Part shown: one piece after another, positions 19,836 through 29,287 of the stretch
How the letters are laid out: each line of letters begins with the position of its first letter
How positions within the stretch are numbered: position 1 is the first letter of the stretch
Assembly (NCBI GenBank): GCA_965205975.1
Contig: OZ242195.1
Span: 640,001 to 704,000 of the forward strand
DNA from: Candidatus Latescibacterota bacterium
Lineage (GTDB): Bacteria > Latescibacterota > UBA2968
Direction: 5' to 3'
DNA: 64,000 nucleotides
Notes under the pieces: model-generated
Told to the model about the DNA's origin: nothing
Seen by the model: only the letters and a program-made list of their open reading frames with translations
Databases searched by the model: none
Program-made: the position numbers and the translations under genes

Positions 19836-20687
19836 TTACTCAGCGGGAATAACTTCTCGCGTGACTTCCTGAACTTTACCGGGGTGGGTTCGTCCTCTTA
19901 TCCACATAATGGGCTGGCCTTTGCCAGCGTTTTCAGGATTCATCCATTCTGCTTGCGCACTTAAGTAATGTGATACATAGCTGCGTCTAAATCGCTGGCT
20001 GTGGTTATTTGTACTTTTGTGCAGCAGATGGGAGTGAAACCAGATGACCGCTCCGGGGGGCGCTTCCACGGGAATGCCGTCCTCATCGCGGGCATTGCGT
20101 GCCAGCTTGAATTCATTTTGCTGTGATCCCTCAATGTCGTCGTGTTCGGAAATTGCCTGTTTGTGACTGCCGGGGATTACGTAGAGGCATCCGTTTTCGC
20201 GATCGGCGGGGTCAATTGCCGTCCATGTGCCGATAGTGGTCGCTGTTTTGAACCGCCTGCCAAAGTAAAATTTGTCCTGATGCCAGGGGAATCCCAATCC
20301 GATTTTTGGGGCTTTCCAGATGAAGAGGTTGTTGATGCCCAGAATGTCTGGCCCGAGAATATCGGCCACCGGGTCTGTCAGGCGTGGATCGCGCACGCGG
20401 GCGAGGAATTCTGGGATGTAGCAACTGGGGTGGTGGATTTTGTGCATGGCGTAGATACCCGATTGCTTGTGTTTGCCGTCGCGGACAAGGGCATTGCGGT
20501 CAATGTGAGCCATTGGCATTTTACGTTTTCCTGCGACAATGTCTTCGGCGACTTGGCGCAGGTCGTCGTTTTCTTCATGTGAAAAGACGTTTTCCCGCAC
20601 AAAATAGCCATTTTGTTCCCAGTGCTGAATTTCATCGGGTGTCATGCGATTGGTATTTATTTTTGATGGTGTTGCTGGGTTTTTCAT
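19836..20687 (-). CDS. PhyH family dioxygenase
   Basis: PWHQD, ENGCL.VIPGSH, HKS..N.S..FRRS. Confidence 0.92.
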   Translation of the reverse strand: MKNPATPSKINTNRMTPDEIQHWEQNGYFVRENVFSHEENDDLRQVAEDIVAGKRKMPMAHIDRNALVRDGKHKQSGIYAMHKIHHPSCYIPEFLARVRDPRLTDPVADILGPDILGINNLFIWKAPKIGLGFPWHQDKFYFGRRFKTATTIGTWTAIDPADRENGCLYVIPGSHKQAISEHDDIEGSQQNEFKLARNARDEDGIPVEAPPGAVIWFHSHLLHKSTNNHSQRFRRSYVSHYLSAQAEWMNPENAGKGQPIMWIRGRTHPGKVQEVTREVIPAE

Positions 20688-21070
20688 ATACGATCTCCTG
20701 AGTTTAAAGAGGTATCGGAAGCCTCACGCGCGCCGATCCAGACCTGATTGCCATCGGGATCGCGAACTCTAAATTCTGTCATGCCGTAAAAGGTTACGCG
20801 GGTAGGATCGGGTTCGAAACCAGCGGCGATCACGCGGTCTCTTAACGTTTCAATATCGGATGTATAGTAGTAAATGACGGTTGAGGCGTTCGATTCCGTG
20901 CGAATCGAACGGTCTATCATCACCTGGCAACCGCGTTCACCTTCCAGCAGGGCATGACCCCACTCGTCTTTGCGTTGGATGATCTTGAGACCCAGGCCTT
21001 GCGAGTAGAAGGTTATGGCTCGATCCAAATCGGTTATTGGAACCATTGCGGTGATGCGATGTATGCTCAC
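20684..21070 (-). CDS. VOC/glyoxalase family protein
   Basis: DLDRAITFY..LG...YGMTEFRVRDPDGN. Confidence 0.9.
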   Translation of the reverse strand: MSIHRITAMVPITDLDRAITFYSQGLGLKIIQRKDEWGHALLEGERGCQVMIDRSIRTESNASTVIYYYTSDIETLRDRVIAAGFEPDPTRVTFYGMTEFRVRDPDGNQVWIGAREASDTSLNSGDRI

Positions 21071-21270
21071 TGTTTTGTCTCTCTAATGATTGATCGGAAG
21101 TGAGAATTGCCTTGTGGTGCTTTGCTATTGAACTCTGGTATTTACGATAGCTGAAATTCCTTTAGACTCGACTTTATTCATTTTAAGAGATATATTCAAA
21201 TTGCGGATGGAGGAAAAGCAAAGAGCGTATCCTTTAATATCTGAAAAAAATAAATATTATGCAATGATCT

Positions 21271-22161
21271 GTGAAGAGATTGCGTTTTAGCACGTTGTCG
21301 ATTTTTGACATGGAGCAGGAGATGGCAAATGCAGGTGTGAGGTCGAAACGGGAGATTTTGCTCGATACCGGTTATTTTATAGAAAAGGGCGTCCTGAGCG
21401 ATTCGGATATTAGGGTTTGTAAGGATCGATTGCGAGAGATTGCGCTCCGTATTGATTTTTATCGCGATAAGATTCGGGCAATTATAGATGTGCAGGACGA
21501 GGCATACCAGAACCATCCCGATCCTCTGTTGCGATTTGATTGGATCAATGAGATTTCGTTTCGAGATCGGGTATTGTGGCAATATTCTGCTGCACACCCC
21601 AGGCTTATCGCATTGGCTATGCAAGTGTTGGGTCCCGATATTTATCCACTTAATGGCGGCGGGTTCTTTATGAAACCTCCCCGTTGTGGCGGTGAGGTCC
21701 CGTGGCACCAGGATGCGAGTCCTTTCGATGGTTCAGAGGATATACCCGTGCCTGTGCTTTTCGATTTCTGGCTGGGACTGGATGCGGCAGATGTTGAAAA
21801 TGGGTGTATGGAACTGATTCCTGGATCGCATACTCTGGGGCGTTTGGAGCACGAGCAGACGGGTAAAATTTTGAGGGAGATGGATCCCTTTAAGCACGGA
21901 TTTACCGAGGAAGATGTGGTGCGTATTGAGACTGATCCCGGCGATGTGATTGTGTGGCATCAAGATTTGATCCACCGATCTTCCGCTAATTTCTCAGATC
22001 GCCCGCGGATTGGCAAAGCGAGTGTTTATATGTCCAAAGCCGATGAAGAGACGATACGGCAAATGTCCGATCCCTGGGGAATGAATCCAAATCGACCACC
22101 GATCTGTTTGGACGGTAAAATCTGTGAGCTGACGCATTTTATAGAAGCACCGGGGCTGTAA
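21271..22161 (+). CDS. PhyH family dioxygenase (start uncertain)
   Basis: PWHQD, ENGCMELIPGSH, HRSSANFSDRPR. Confidence 0.88.
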   Translation: MKRLRFSTLSIFDMEQEMANAGVRSKREILLDTGYFIEKGVLSDSDIRVCKDRLREIALRIDFYRDKIRAIIDVQDEAYQNHPDPLLRFDWINEISFRDRVLWQYSAAHPRLIALAMQVLGPDIYPLNGGGFFMKPPRCGGEVPWHQDASPFDGSEDIPVPVLFDFWLGLDAADVENGCMELIPGSHTLGRLEHEQTGKILREMDPFKHGFTEEDVVRIETDPGDVIVWHQDLIHRSSANFSDRPRIGKASVYMSKADEETIRQMSDPWGMNPNRPPICLDGKICELTHFIEAPGL

Positions 22162-22603
22162 GTGTTGGCAATTTTTTCATCTGAACATGTGTGGAATTTT
22201 CATCGACGATTGAAAATCCCAGTCTCTGGTAGAAGGCGATGCCACGGGTGTTGGTCTTGAGTACTTGTAAGTTCACTGCCTTCCCCGCAGCGTCGGCATT
22301 AGTGAGAATGCGTGTCATGCACGCTGAACCAATCCCTTTACCCTGATACTCTGGATGAATAAAAAACTGATGGACCTTGAGAGAATCGGAAGTACAGGAT
22401 GTGGAGAAGAAGCCAATATTGTTTCCTTGAAATTGGATAATGCAAAAATCCTGCGAATCAAACCGCTTATTGTGTAATTCCCTCTGATGTGTATCGTCCC
22501 AACCCTCGACCTGCTCCACATATTCGCGGAATGCGGCCTTCTTTACGGCAAAGACAAAGTCGCTGTCAATTGCATCCACCTTGAGAATGCTCAACTCTTC
22601 CAT
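22139..22603 (-). CDS. GNAT family N-acetyltransferase
   Basis: IHPEYQGKGIGS...N..GIAFYQRLGF. Confidence 0.9.
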   Translation of the reverse strand: MEELSILKVDAIDSDFVFAVKKAAFREYVEQVEGWDDTHQRELHNKRFDSQDFCIIQFQGNNIGFFSTSCTSDSLKVHQFFIHPEYQGKGIGSACMTRILTNADAAGKAVNLQVLKTNTRGIAFYQRLGFSIVDENSTHVQMKKLPTLTAPVLL

Positions 22604-22620
22604 ATAGGCTTCCCCTCGCC

Positions 22621-23079
22621 TTATTCAGTCCCAATCGGTTTCACCATTTCGAGGTACCAGGGTGTAAACCCACTGTCTCGATAAAATGCGAGAATGTCAT
22701 CGAAATGCTTCGCTGCCGAGTAGAGCCGCATGTGACTGAATCCAGCGGCTTTTGCTTTTGATTGGACAGTTTTGACCAGTTGCCGGCCTATTCCGCTATG
22801 GCGAGATTCGGGACGCACATATAGTTCAATGATTTCGAGAATACGACTACCTTCGGGGAATACACATTCGCCTCGATATGGCCGTTCCTCACAGTAGATG
22901 AACCCAACAGGCTCGTAGCTATCTATCGCCAAAAAGAGCCAATTCAGGTTGCGGTCATTCCACACATCTGCCGAATCGGCCCCATAACCCCATATTGCGC
23001 CTTCGGATGCCAGATCTTGCTGCATTGCAAGGACGGCGGCTATATCCGCCTTGTTTGCCTTACGGATTGTAACGGTCAT
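22621..23079 (-). CDS. GNAT family N-acetyltransferase
   Basis: LYVRPESRHSGIGRQL...FYRDSGF. Confidence 0.9.
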   Translation of the reverse strand: MTVTIRKANKADIAAVLAMQQDLASEGAIWGYGADSADVWNDRNLNWLFLAIDSYEPVGFIYCEERPYRGECVFPEGSRILEIIELYVRPESRHSGIGRQLVKTVQSKAKAAGFSHMRLYSAAKHFDDILAFYRDSGFTPWYLEMVKPIGTE

Positions 23080-23113
23080 ATTGCATCCAGTCCAGTACTG
23101 GCAATTCCTTCAT

Positions 23114-23932
23114 CTAACCGAAATGTTCTTCTAACCATGCAACGGCGAAATCAGTCAGATCCTTAGCGTCGAACAAATAAGAGTCTGCGGCTCCAACCCG
23201 TCCTGTTGCATAGCTTGCCTGGGTCATATATTCCTCTACAATACGAAGGAAATAGTCGCCATTGGGGGGGGCCCAATCGACGATGCCACCAGAAGTGTCA
23301 AATTGCTCAAATTCTATCCATTCGCACTTGCCATCACGCAAGATGGGCCACCGATAGCGCTCAGTTTTCTTGTTGGGCACGTCAGCAATATGCTCTGCGT
23401 AATGTAGAATCGTCAGGCTATCAAAGAGTGGTCCAAGCAGTAGTATTCGCCCCCTGACTTTGCACAATTTTGCGAGAGGGGAGCCTGCACCATAACCAAA
23501 TTGGAGGGGATGATCCGATGTGATCCACTCCGCTTTTGCGCCAATAGCCGCCATTCTTGCTTCGGGATGGTTGCTGCAATACGCGCCGGGCCATGTTCGG
23601 AGGTGCTCGGTGAGGATGCTCCACTTGCGGAAGGCGCGTGTCCGTTTGGGATCAAACGGTGGGCATTCTGCCAGGTACGCTTTTTGCCAGTCCTCTGGCC
23701 AATATTCAATTTCGTTTAGAGGCTCCTCGCATTTTATGTACATCATCAAGGTGCCCGCAGGTCCAATCACGTCCAAAATTGCCTGAATCACAATATCTGG
23801 TCCGCCAACGATCCAGCCGACTGCCTTGACAGACGCGTGCAGCATCAGGGTATCGCCCGGGACAATCCCCAGTTTTGATAAGTCAGATACCAGCTTGCTT
23901 CGCGTAATTACTGGCAAATCTGTTTTCGCCAT
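23114..23932 (-). CDS. Aminoglycoside 3-N-acetyltransferase AAC(3) family protein
   Basis: LG..PGD.LM.HASVKAVG, GTLMM, S.HP, YG..SPL, TILHYAE, FDTS. Confidence 0.88.
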   Translation of the reverse strand: MAKTDLPVITRSKLVSDLSKLGIVPGDTLMLHASVKAVGWIVGGPDIVIQAILDVIGPAGTLMMYIKCEEPLNEIEYWPEDWQKAYLAECPPFDPKRTRAFRKWSILTEHLRTWPGAYCSNHPEARMAAIGAKAEWITSDHPLQFGYGAGSPLAKLCKVRGRILLLGPLFDSLTILHYAEHIADVPNKKTERYRWPILRDGKCEWIEFEQFDTSGGIVDWAPPNGDYFLRIVEEYMTQASYATGRVGAADSYLFDAKDLTDFAVAWLEEHFG

Positions 23933-23938
23933 AATGCT

Positions 23939-24538
23939 TTACTCCTCAGTTTCAGTGTCGCCAAGAGGATGAAGATCAATCGGTGTGAGAATTCCGTAAA
24001 ATCCGTATTTGATACCTGAGCGGTCTCCTTTTCCGGGCGGAAAGTATTCTTCTATAAGTGCCAATAATCGACGACTGAATTCGGATGCCTGTTCTTCAGA
24101 TAGCCGCGCGCGGTTGTGATTGACGGATGTCTGGAATGTCGAACCGTACAGGCCCTCGGCAACTTCGCGAAATGCTTGATTGAACTGGTTGACAACATTG
24201 GTTGGCATGGCCTCTGCAATTTGTTTGTTCGCCAGGAGGTCCTGTCGAACGCGAATATTACCCGCTGCTGGCGAACAACGCCATTCATTGGGGTCGGTTT
24301 CATCTTTCTTCAAATGTACGACACCTGTTTGTACCAGCTTTTTTAAGTGGTATAGCACCCGGGCATCAGTAATTTCCAATGTCTGCGAGATTTCTGCAAC
24401 CGACTTTCCGTCGCCAAGAGTTTCGAGGATGAGCCAACGCAGTGGATCGGCAAGTATGTTCGCACGATCATCCTCAATAACGATTACCGTCTCCTTTAAG
24501 GCGTTGGTCGGGAATGTCAATTCGCGCCACGTACTCAT
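23939..24538 (-). CDS. ArsR-like winged-HTH regulator
   Basis: LADPLRW.IL..L...SV.EI...YHLKKL. Confidence 0.8.
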   Translation of the reverse strand: MSTWRELTFPTNALKETVIVIEDDRANILADPLRWLILETLGDGKSVAEISQTLEITDARVLYHLKKLVQTGVVHLKKDETDPNEWRCSPAAGNIRVRQDLLANKQIAEAMPTNVVNQFNQAFREVAEGLYGSTFQTSVNHNRARLSEEQASEFSRRLLALIEEYFPPGKGDRSGIKYGFYGILTPIDLHPLGDTETEE

Positions 24539-24603
24539 TCAGACTCTCCAGTCGTATAATTGAGATATCTCTCTTTGAGGCGGAAGAACGCGCAAGAAAT
24601 AGG

Positions 24604-25224
24604 TCAGTTCAGGTCTTTCATTCTTTGGCTCAGCTTTGGTATCCACTCGTGTCCGGGATGGCATAGCTCCAAACATCGTCTTAGCCACGCAGCTTCCTCG
24701 TAATTGAGGTGCGGTAGAGTATTCTTGAAGTCGGCGTTATTCCGATCGATCTGTAGATTGTTCGCCTTATAGAGAAGCTGAATCTGCGGAGAGAGGTAAG
24801 GTATTCCGGATTTGGTTATTCGCCCGAGGGAGGAAATTGGCCCAGTGATCTTCGGTTCACGACGGAAAACCCACGAATCTTCGTCTGTTTCCATAAGCAT
24901 TAGCTGGATCGCCCAGGGGGATTCCGGCGTACGGCGCCCCCAAATGTCATTAATGGGTGGATTCAGGAATTCGCCTTTGGACCACGTCGTAAATTCTGGC
25001 GATCTCCTGTCGCTTAGATCCCAATTAGAAAGGTGTTCCTGGAATATGATTTGATCGTCTCTAAGGATCAGAACGTCCAGGTCCCCATGAGGACGTGTCT
25101 GGCGACCGATAAAGAGGTCAATGGCCCATCCGCCAGAAATCCACCAGGGTGCAGATAGCCCAGAGAATAGTTCCTGTGCCTCCGTGGGGGAGAGCGGGTC
25201 CCAAATCTGAGCGTTTTCTTTCAA
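24604..25224 (-). CDS. Nucleotidyltransferase, ANT(2'')/Lnu-like family
   Basis: WWISGGWAIDLFIGRQTRPHGDLD; YLSP.IQLLYKA. Confidence 0.85.
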   Translation of the reverse strand: MKENAQIWDPLSPTEAQELFSGLSAPWWISGGWAIDLFIGRQTRPHGDLDVLILRDDQIIFQEHLSNWDLSDRRSPEFTTWSKGEFLNPPINDIWGRRTPESPWAIQLMLMETDEDSWVFRREPKITGPISSLGRITKSGIPYLSPQIQLLYKANNLQIDRNNADFKNTLPHLNYEEAAWLRRCLELCHPGHEWIPKLSQRMKDLN

Positions 25225-25248
25225 GTGACTTGCTCCTTGTGTGTTACA

Positions 25249-25309
25249 CCAGAACTAAATTTTGCAGAAATCTTATCGCGCGTCTTCTGATTATTAAGGC
25301 TTGTTCAAT
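25249..25309 (-). repeat. Degenerate attC-like element (61 bp)
   Basis: ATTGAAC (overlapping upstream stop) ... GTTCTGG, inner CAGAA/TTCTG pairing; L boxes imperfect. Confidence 0.4.
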
Positions 25310-26075
25310 TTTTGATCGGAATCACGTAGGTCCTGCGGGAGACCTCTCGAAAGCCAAGTTTCGCTGCAACTCGTAAAGAGGCAAAGTTGTCTTCTCCCGT
25401 GCTCCAAATGGGAACGCGTCCTTGTTCTTGAAGCCGATTCGATACTATCGAGGCGGCGGCGCTACACAGACCTCTTTTGCGCCAGGGTTCAAGAGTACCA
25501 ACGCCAATCTCACCATGAAGATCAGTGACGCCACTTGTGTGGGCTATGGACACCAATTGATCCGCATCAATAGCTCCTGCTACAATTCCCTCTGAGAGCA
25601 TTGTTTCCATATCCTCGTAACCACTACCCTGTATTTCGATGGGTGCGGAGGCAATTAAGTTTCGGTCCTGCACGGTCAATTCGCGGACATGGTCATTGGT
25701 GAACAGTTGGACTGGCCTTGTCAACGAATGATAAACGTCGTAGTAGTAGCGCACTTTTACTCCGTTGGAATTCTCTATCAGATCACCAAGCGGTTTGGCG
25801 CATTGTCGATTCACACCTATACAATCCCAACCTTCCACTAACTGAAGCAATTCCCACAGTGCTCGCGCCTCGGTCCCAAATCCTCTGGGTTCTTCTGGAT
25901 CGAAGTGGCCCTGGACGATAGCTGCGCTGAAGGAGGTGGGACTTCCTGCGACAAAAGCCTTGCACAGTTTTTTTCTCAGAAGGTGTACTGCCACTACAGT
26001 CTCGGGGGTATCACCCAGAGTATTCGCGAGTTCGGCGAAATCCGCTGAATCCAGTTGTGCGATGTCGTATGCCAT
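25305..26075 (-). CDS. GNAT family N-acetyltransferase
   Basis: EIGVGTLEPWRKRGL...W.T..DN.ASLRVA.KLGF. Confidence 0.88.
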   Translation of the reverse strand: MAYDIAQLDSADFAELANTLGDTPETVVAVHLLRKKLCKAFVAGSPTSFSAAIVQGHFDPEEPRGFGTEARALWELLQLVEGWDCIGVNRQCAKPLGDLIENSNGVKVRYYYDVYHSLTRPVQLFTNDHVRELTVQDRNLIASAPIEIQGSGYEDMETMLSEGIVAGAIDADQLVSIAHTSGVTDLHGEIGVGTLEPWRKRGLCSAAASIVSNRLQEQGRVPIWSTGEDNFASLRVAAKLGFREVSRRTYVIPIKN

Positions 26076-26084
26076 TGAAATCAC

Positions 26085-26891
26085 TCAGGTCAGTCGACGA
26101 GTTCTTACGACAAGAATCGGGGGGATCTCGCCAAAATTTGTCCAGGAGAGTGATCGTTTTTCATTGGGTTTTGATTCAAATACCGGTTCTTCTAAGCCAT
26201 CGATCACAAACCCAGCGTCAAAGCAGCTTTGAAAAAGCTGACTCAATGGTCTGTGAAAATAGCGTGTGGGCACCGGCTGACCTTTTATACCAATGCCACG
26301 ATATGTGATGGGGGTGATATAAGTTGAAGTTTTGATTGAGCGACGAACCATAATTTCACCGTCACAGTCTTCTTCCTCAACCATTTTAACTGCTCCTGGT
26401 GATTGAAAACAAGGATGTGCCAATGAGAAGACGAAACGTCCCTGCAATTTCAATATGGAACTCAGGGCGGCAAATAGGGGCTGGAGGGTGGTCATATCCA
26501 TAAAAGCCTGGTTGCATACCACCGCGTCAAAATGATTTTCACCGAGACCGAGTAATTGGATCCTATCAGTTGCATCGATGAGTCGATATGTGATTCTGTC
26601 AGTTTGATCGGACGTTCGTTTCCTCGCCTGAGTAACAAATGTTTTGCTAAAATCAATTGCCACAACTTCTGCACCTAATGTGGCAAGTCGTCGAGAAAAA
26701 TTGCCGTTCCCACAGGCAACATCCAGAACCACTTCCCCTGGTTTTATGGCAAGTAGCCTTTCGACGGTCGGCCGAATAAGCTGATTGTGAAAATGGTTGC
26801 CTTCCCCAATATACTCATCCCAAAAGGCAGCATTCTGATCCCAAAACTCCTGTGTTTCGGACGTTAGCTCTGGCCATTCTGAAGTACTCAT
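26085..26891 (-). CDS. Class I SAM-dependent methyltransferase
   Basis: VLDVACGNG, FDAVV, FSLAHPCF, FHRPLS. Confidence 0.92.
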   Translation of the reverse strand: MSTSEWPELTSETQEFWDQNAAFWDEYIGEGNHFHNQLIRPTVERLLAIKPGEVVLDVACGNGNFSRRLATLGAEVVAIDFSKTFVTQARKRTSDQTDRITYRLIDATDRIQLLGLGENHFDAVVCNQAFMDMTTLQPLFAALSSILKLQGRFVFSLAHPCFQSPGAVKMVEEEDCDGEIMVRRSIKTSTYITPITYRGIGIKGQPVPTRYFHRPLSQLFQSCFDAGFVIDGLEEPVFESKPNEKRSLSWTNFGEIPPILVVRTRRLT

Positions 26892-26914
26892 AGTTTATCC
26901 TTTCTGCTATCATT

Positions 26915-28039
26915 CTATTTCTCATTCTCTGTCTCGCTGATCGCAGGCAACACGTGATCAATTGCGATCCGGAACGCCTGATTGGCCACAGACGAACCGT
27001 AGTTGCCGCCTGTGAAGACAATGACCAGAGACAACTTTGGGATAGCGAAGATGAACTGACCGCCGTTTCCTTCGGCAGCAAGAACGTCAACTGATCGCCC
27101 GCGGTATGGAAAATGATCGAGCCACCAGCCAAATCCATATCGGTCATTGCTGTAATGCCCCTTCGCCGACTCGCTGATCCAGGCTGCCGATACAACCTGC
27201 CTGCCCTGAAAACGTCCGTTATCCACATAGAGTTGGCCGATCTTGGCCATGTCGCGCGGCCTGAGTCGCAAGCCAGCATGCGTTTGGGGCAAGCCACTTT
27301 TGGTGTACCACCATTCTGAGTGATCTATTCCGAGTGGCGCAAAGAGATGGTTATCTGCGAATTTGTCCACATGCATACCCGATGCCCGCTTGATTACGCC
27401 GGCGAGCAAGATGAAACAACCGCTGTTGTAGTTGAATCGTGAACCTGGTTCGTCCGACATCTCTCTGGAAAGCACATACTCTATGAAGTCGCTGGCGTTT
27501 TCCATTTGCGCTTCTGAATTGAGAGAACCCGGCTCGGAGTTATGTGTACCAGATTGATCCCAGTTGAATCCGGCGGTCATCGTCAGTAGATGCTTCAGGG
27601 TAATTTGCCCTTTTTCCTCCGTCAGGTGGTGGGCATACTCCGGAAAAAAACGAGCCATTGGTACATCTACGGAGTCAATATACTCCTGATCGATGGCAAT
27701 GCCGATTAGTGTCGATGTGATGCTCTTGGAAACGGACCGTGTATCATGCAGGGTTTGCTCGCCGAATTCGACCACGCCCCTCGCACCATCTGTGCCGGTG
27801 TAATACGCTTCGAATACCAGCTTGCCATTTCTGACGATCAGAAAGCTGTGGATGTTCTCGTACGCCTGGCTGCGTATCTGGTTTGCAACCTGAACAATCG
27901 GTTCTGGATCGATCCCTTCCGATTCAAGTGTTGATAAGGGCCAGTCATCGGGCAGGGTAGATTCTCTGGTTTCTTCCGCCATTGCGATGCTGGGAAGGCA
28001 AACGAACCACAGGAACAGGGCTATAGCTGGTTTCAACAT
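26915..28039 (-). CDS. Serine hydrolase, beta-lactamase (AmpC-like) family, secreted
   Basis: SVSK (SxxK), FNYNS, LRPRDMAKIGQL, GNGGQ; signal peptide. Confidence 0.9.
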   Translation of the reverse strand: MLKPAIALFLWFVCLPSIAMAEETRESTLPDDWPLSTLESEGIDPEPIVQVANQIRSQAYENIHSFLIVRNGKLVFEAYYTGTDGARGVVEFGEQTLHDTRSVSKSITSTLIGIAIDQEYIDSVDVPMARFFPEYAHHLTEEKGQITLKHLLTMTAGFNWDQSGTHNSEPGSLNSEAQMENASDFIEYVLSREMSDEPGSRFNYNSGCFILLAGVIKRASGMHVDKFADNHLFAPLGIDHSEWWYTKSGLPQTHAGLRLRPRDMAKIGQLYVDNGRFQGRQVVSAAWISESAKGHYSNDRYGFGWWLDHFPYRGRSVDVLAAEGNGGQFIFAIPKLSLVIVFTGGNYGSSVANQAFRIAIDHVLPAISETENEK

Positions 28040-28051
28040 GTGGAATCTCTA

Positions 28052-28618
28052 CTATTCTTGAAACGGAGCATCGGGCGACAGTTTAAGCAAAAGGGCAGCC
28101 AGTGAGAATCCATCCCTGAGTTTCTTTTTTTTGATCAGTTGACGGACTTCATCACGAGTAAACCATCTCACACTTTTCACTTCATTCCTGTCAAACTTCC
28201 CCTGAGACCCTGTTGCCAAACATTTCGCAATATGGAACACCTGGTTTGAAATACCATTGGAGGGATGAAAAGTGTAGAGCATTTCCATATTACTCGGATC
28301 ATACCCTGTCTCTTCGATGACTTCGCGCCTGGCAGCTTCCAGCACAGATTCTCCTTTTTCAATTCCTCCTGCTGGAATTTCCCACTCGATAGAGTCGGTC
28401 GTGTATCGGTAAGATTCGATCATCAGGATCTGTCCATCATCATTTTCAACGAGTACAGCGACGGCCTCCTTCTTAAAATCTAAAAAATAATGGCGATCAA
28501 TTATCCTGCCTTGAGGAAACTCCACTTTGTCGGCATAGAGATTCATCCACGATGACTCGTAGATTACCTCTCGAGATAACCGGCGTGGCTTCCGCTGTCC
28601 GTGGCTATCTGTAGTCAT
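28052..28618 (-). CDS. NUDIX hydrolase (ADP-ribose pyrophosphatase-like)
   Basis: EIPAGGIEKGESVLEAARREVIEETG; start set at ATG 28618 after GAGG. Confidence 0.9.
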   Translation of the reverse strand: MTTDSHGQRKPRRLSREVIYESSWMNLYADKVEFPQGRIIDRHYFLDFKKEAVAVLVENDDGQILMIESYRYTTDSIEWEIPAGGIEKGESVLEAARREVIEETGYDPSNMEMLYTFHPSNGISNQVFHIAKCLATGSQGKFDRNEVKSVRWFTRDEVRQLIKKKKLRDGFSLAALLLKLSPDAPFQE

Positions 28619-28631
28619 TCCTGCCTCACTT

Positions 28632-28781
28632 TTAGGAAACTTTCTTCTGGGATAGGCCCTTGTTTTTCCGAGTTTCAAAAATCTTCAAAGAAAATTCTAC
28701 AAGTTGTCTCTCTTCTTCATAAAGTCTTCTAAAACGATCATTCTTGAGTTTTTTATCCAAGTGTTTTCTAAAGGTCTTCAT
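28632..28781 (-). pseudogene. Truncated XRE-HTH antitoxin
   Basis: MKTFRKHLDKKLKNDRFRRLYEEERQLVEFSLKIFETRKNKGLSQKKVS*: stops at the first HTH helix; AAGGAG RBS. Confidence 0.7.
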
Positions 28782-28808
28782 CCATTGTCTCCTTCAACTT
28801 GTTCTCAT

Positions 28809-28850
28809 CAAATTGTAAAGCCCACTACCATTTTGGGGCAGTGGGCGATT
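28809..28850 (+). mobile_element. Isolated IS200/IS605 left-end-like hairpin
   Basis: TCAT|CAAATTGTAAAGCCCACTACC-N7-GGCAGTGGGC; shares ATCAAAT..GTAAAGCCCAC with the IS605 end at 56755-56791. Confidence 0.5.
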
Positions 28851-28886
28851 AGCGGCCTGCTGAACTTCTATATTGCCTCTTTTTTG

Positions 28887-29072
28887 CTATACCGATGTCT
28901 TTTGAATCGAACTTTCAAAAAAGTGAAGGCGTTCTTCCATTGATAAATCTTTGGTCTGCAAATAATGTACTTGCCGAATGAAGTGTATTTCCTGCATCAT
29001 TTCATCATTCGGAAATTCCTTCCGAACATCTTCCCAAATCTTTTCCTGCTCTGCCTGCGTCACTTTCCTCAT
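28887..29072 (-). CDS. Small putative antitoxin partner of PIN gene
   Basis: 61-aa ORF with GGAGG RBS directly after PIN remnant. Confidence 0.6.
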   Translation of the reverse strand: MRKVTQAEQEKIWEDVRKEFPNDEMMQEIHFIRQVHYLQTKDLSMEERLHFFESSIQKTSV

Positions 29073-29081
29073 AATGACCTC

Positions 29082-29275
29082 CTATAACTCCGGCGGAGCA
29101 ATAATCTCTATTGGTCCATAGCCTTTCAACGTATTGATCAGATTAACCTCGCGTCGCGTGTTCACTTTTACCAGATGTGTGAAGTTCCAACTGCAAAAAT
29201 ACCCAATTCCATTGGTCGCCGCAATAGCAACATGGTTGGAACAGTTGAATCCAGATAAACCTTCTGTTTTGCCAT
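29082..29275 (-). pseudogene. PIN-domain (VapC-like) toxin with large internal deletion and frameshift
   Basis: MAKQKVYLDSTVP joined out of frame to HVAIAATNGIGYFCSWNFTHLV...IIAPPEL*. Confidence 0.8.
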
Positions 29276-29287
29276 GTGTAATCTCTG

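Noticed and set aside
24555..24575. GAGATATCTC palindrome resembling part of the higBA operator
   Set aside because: Too short to assign; may be an ArsR site or chance
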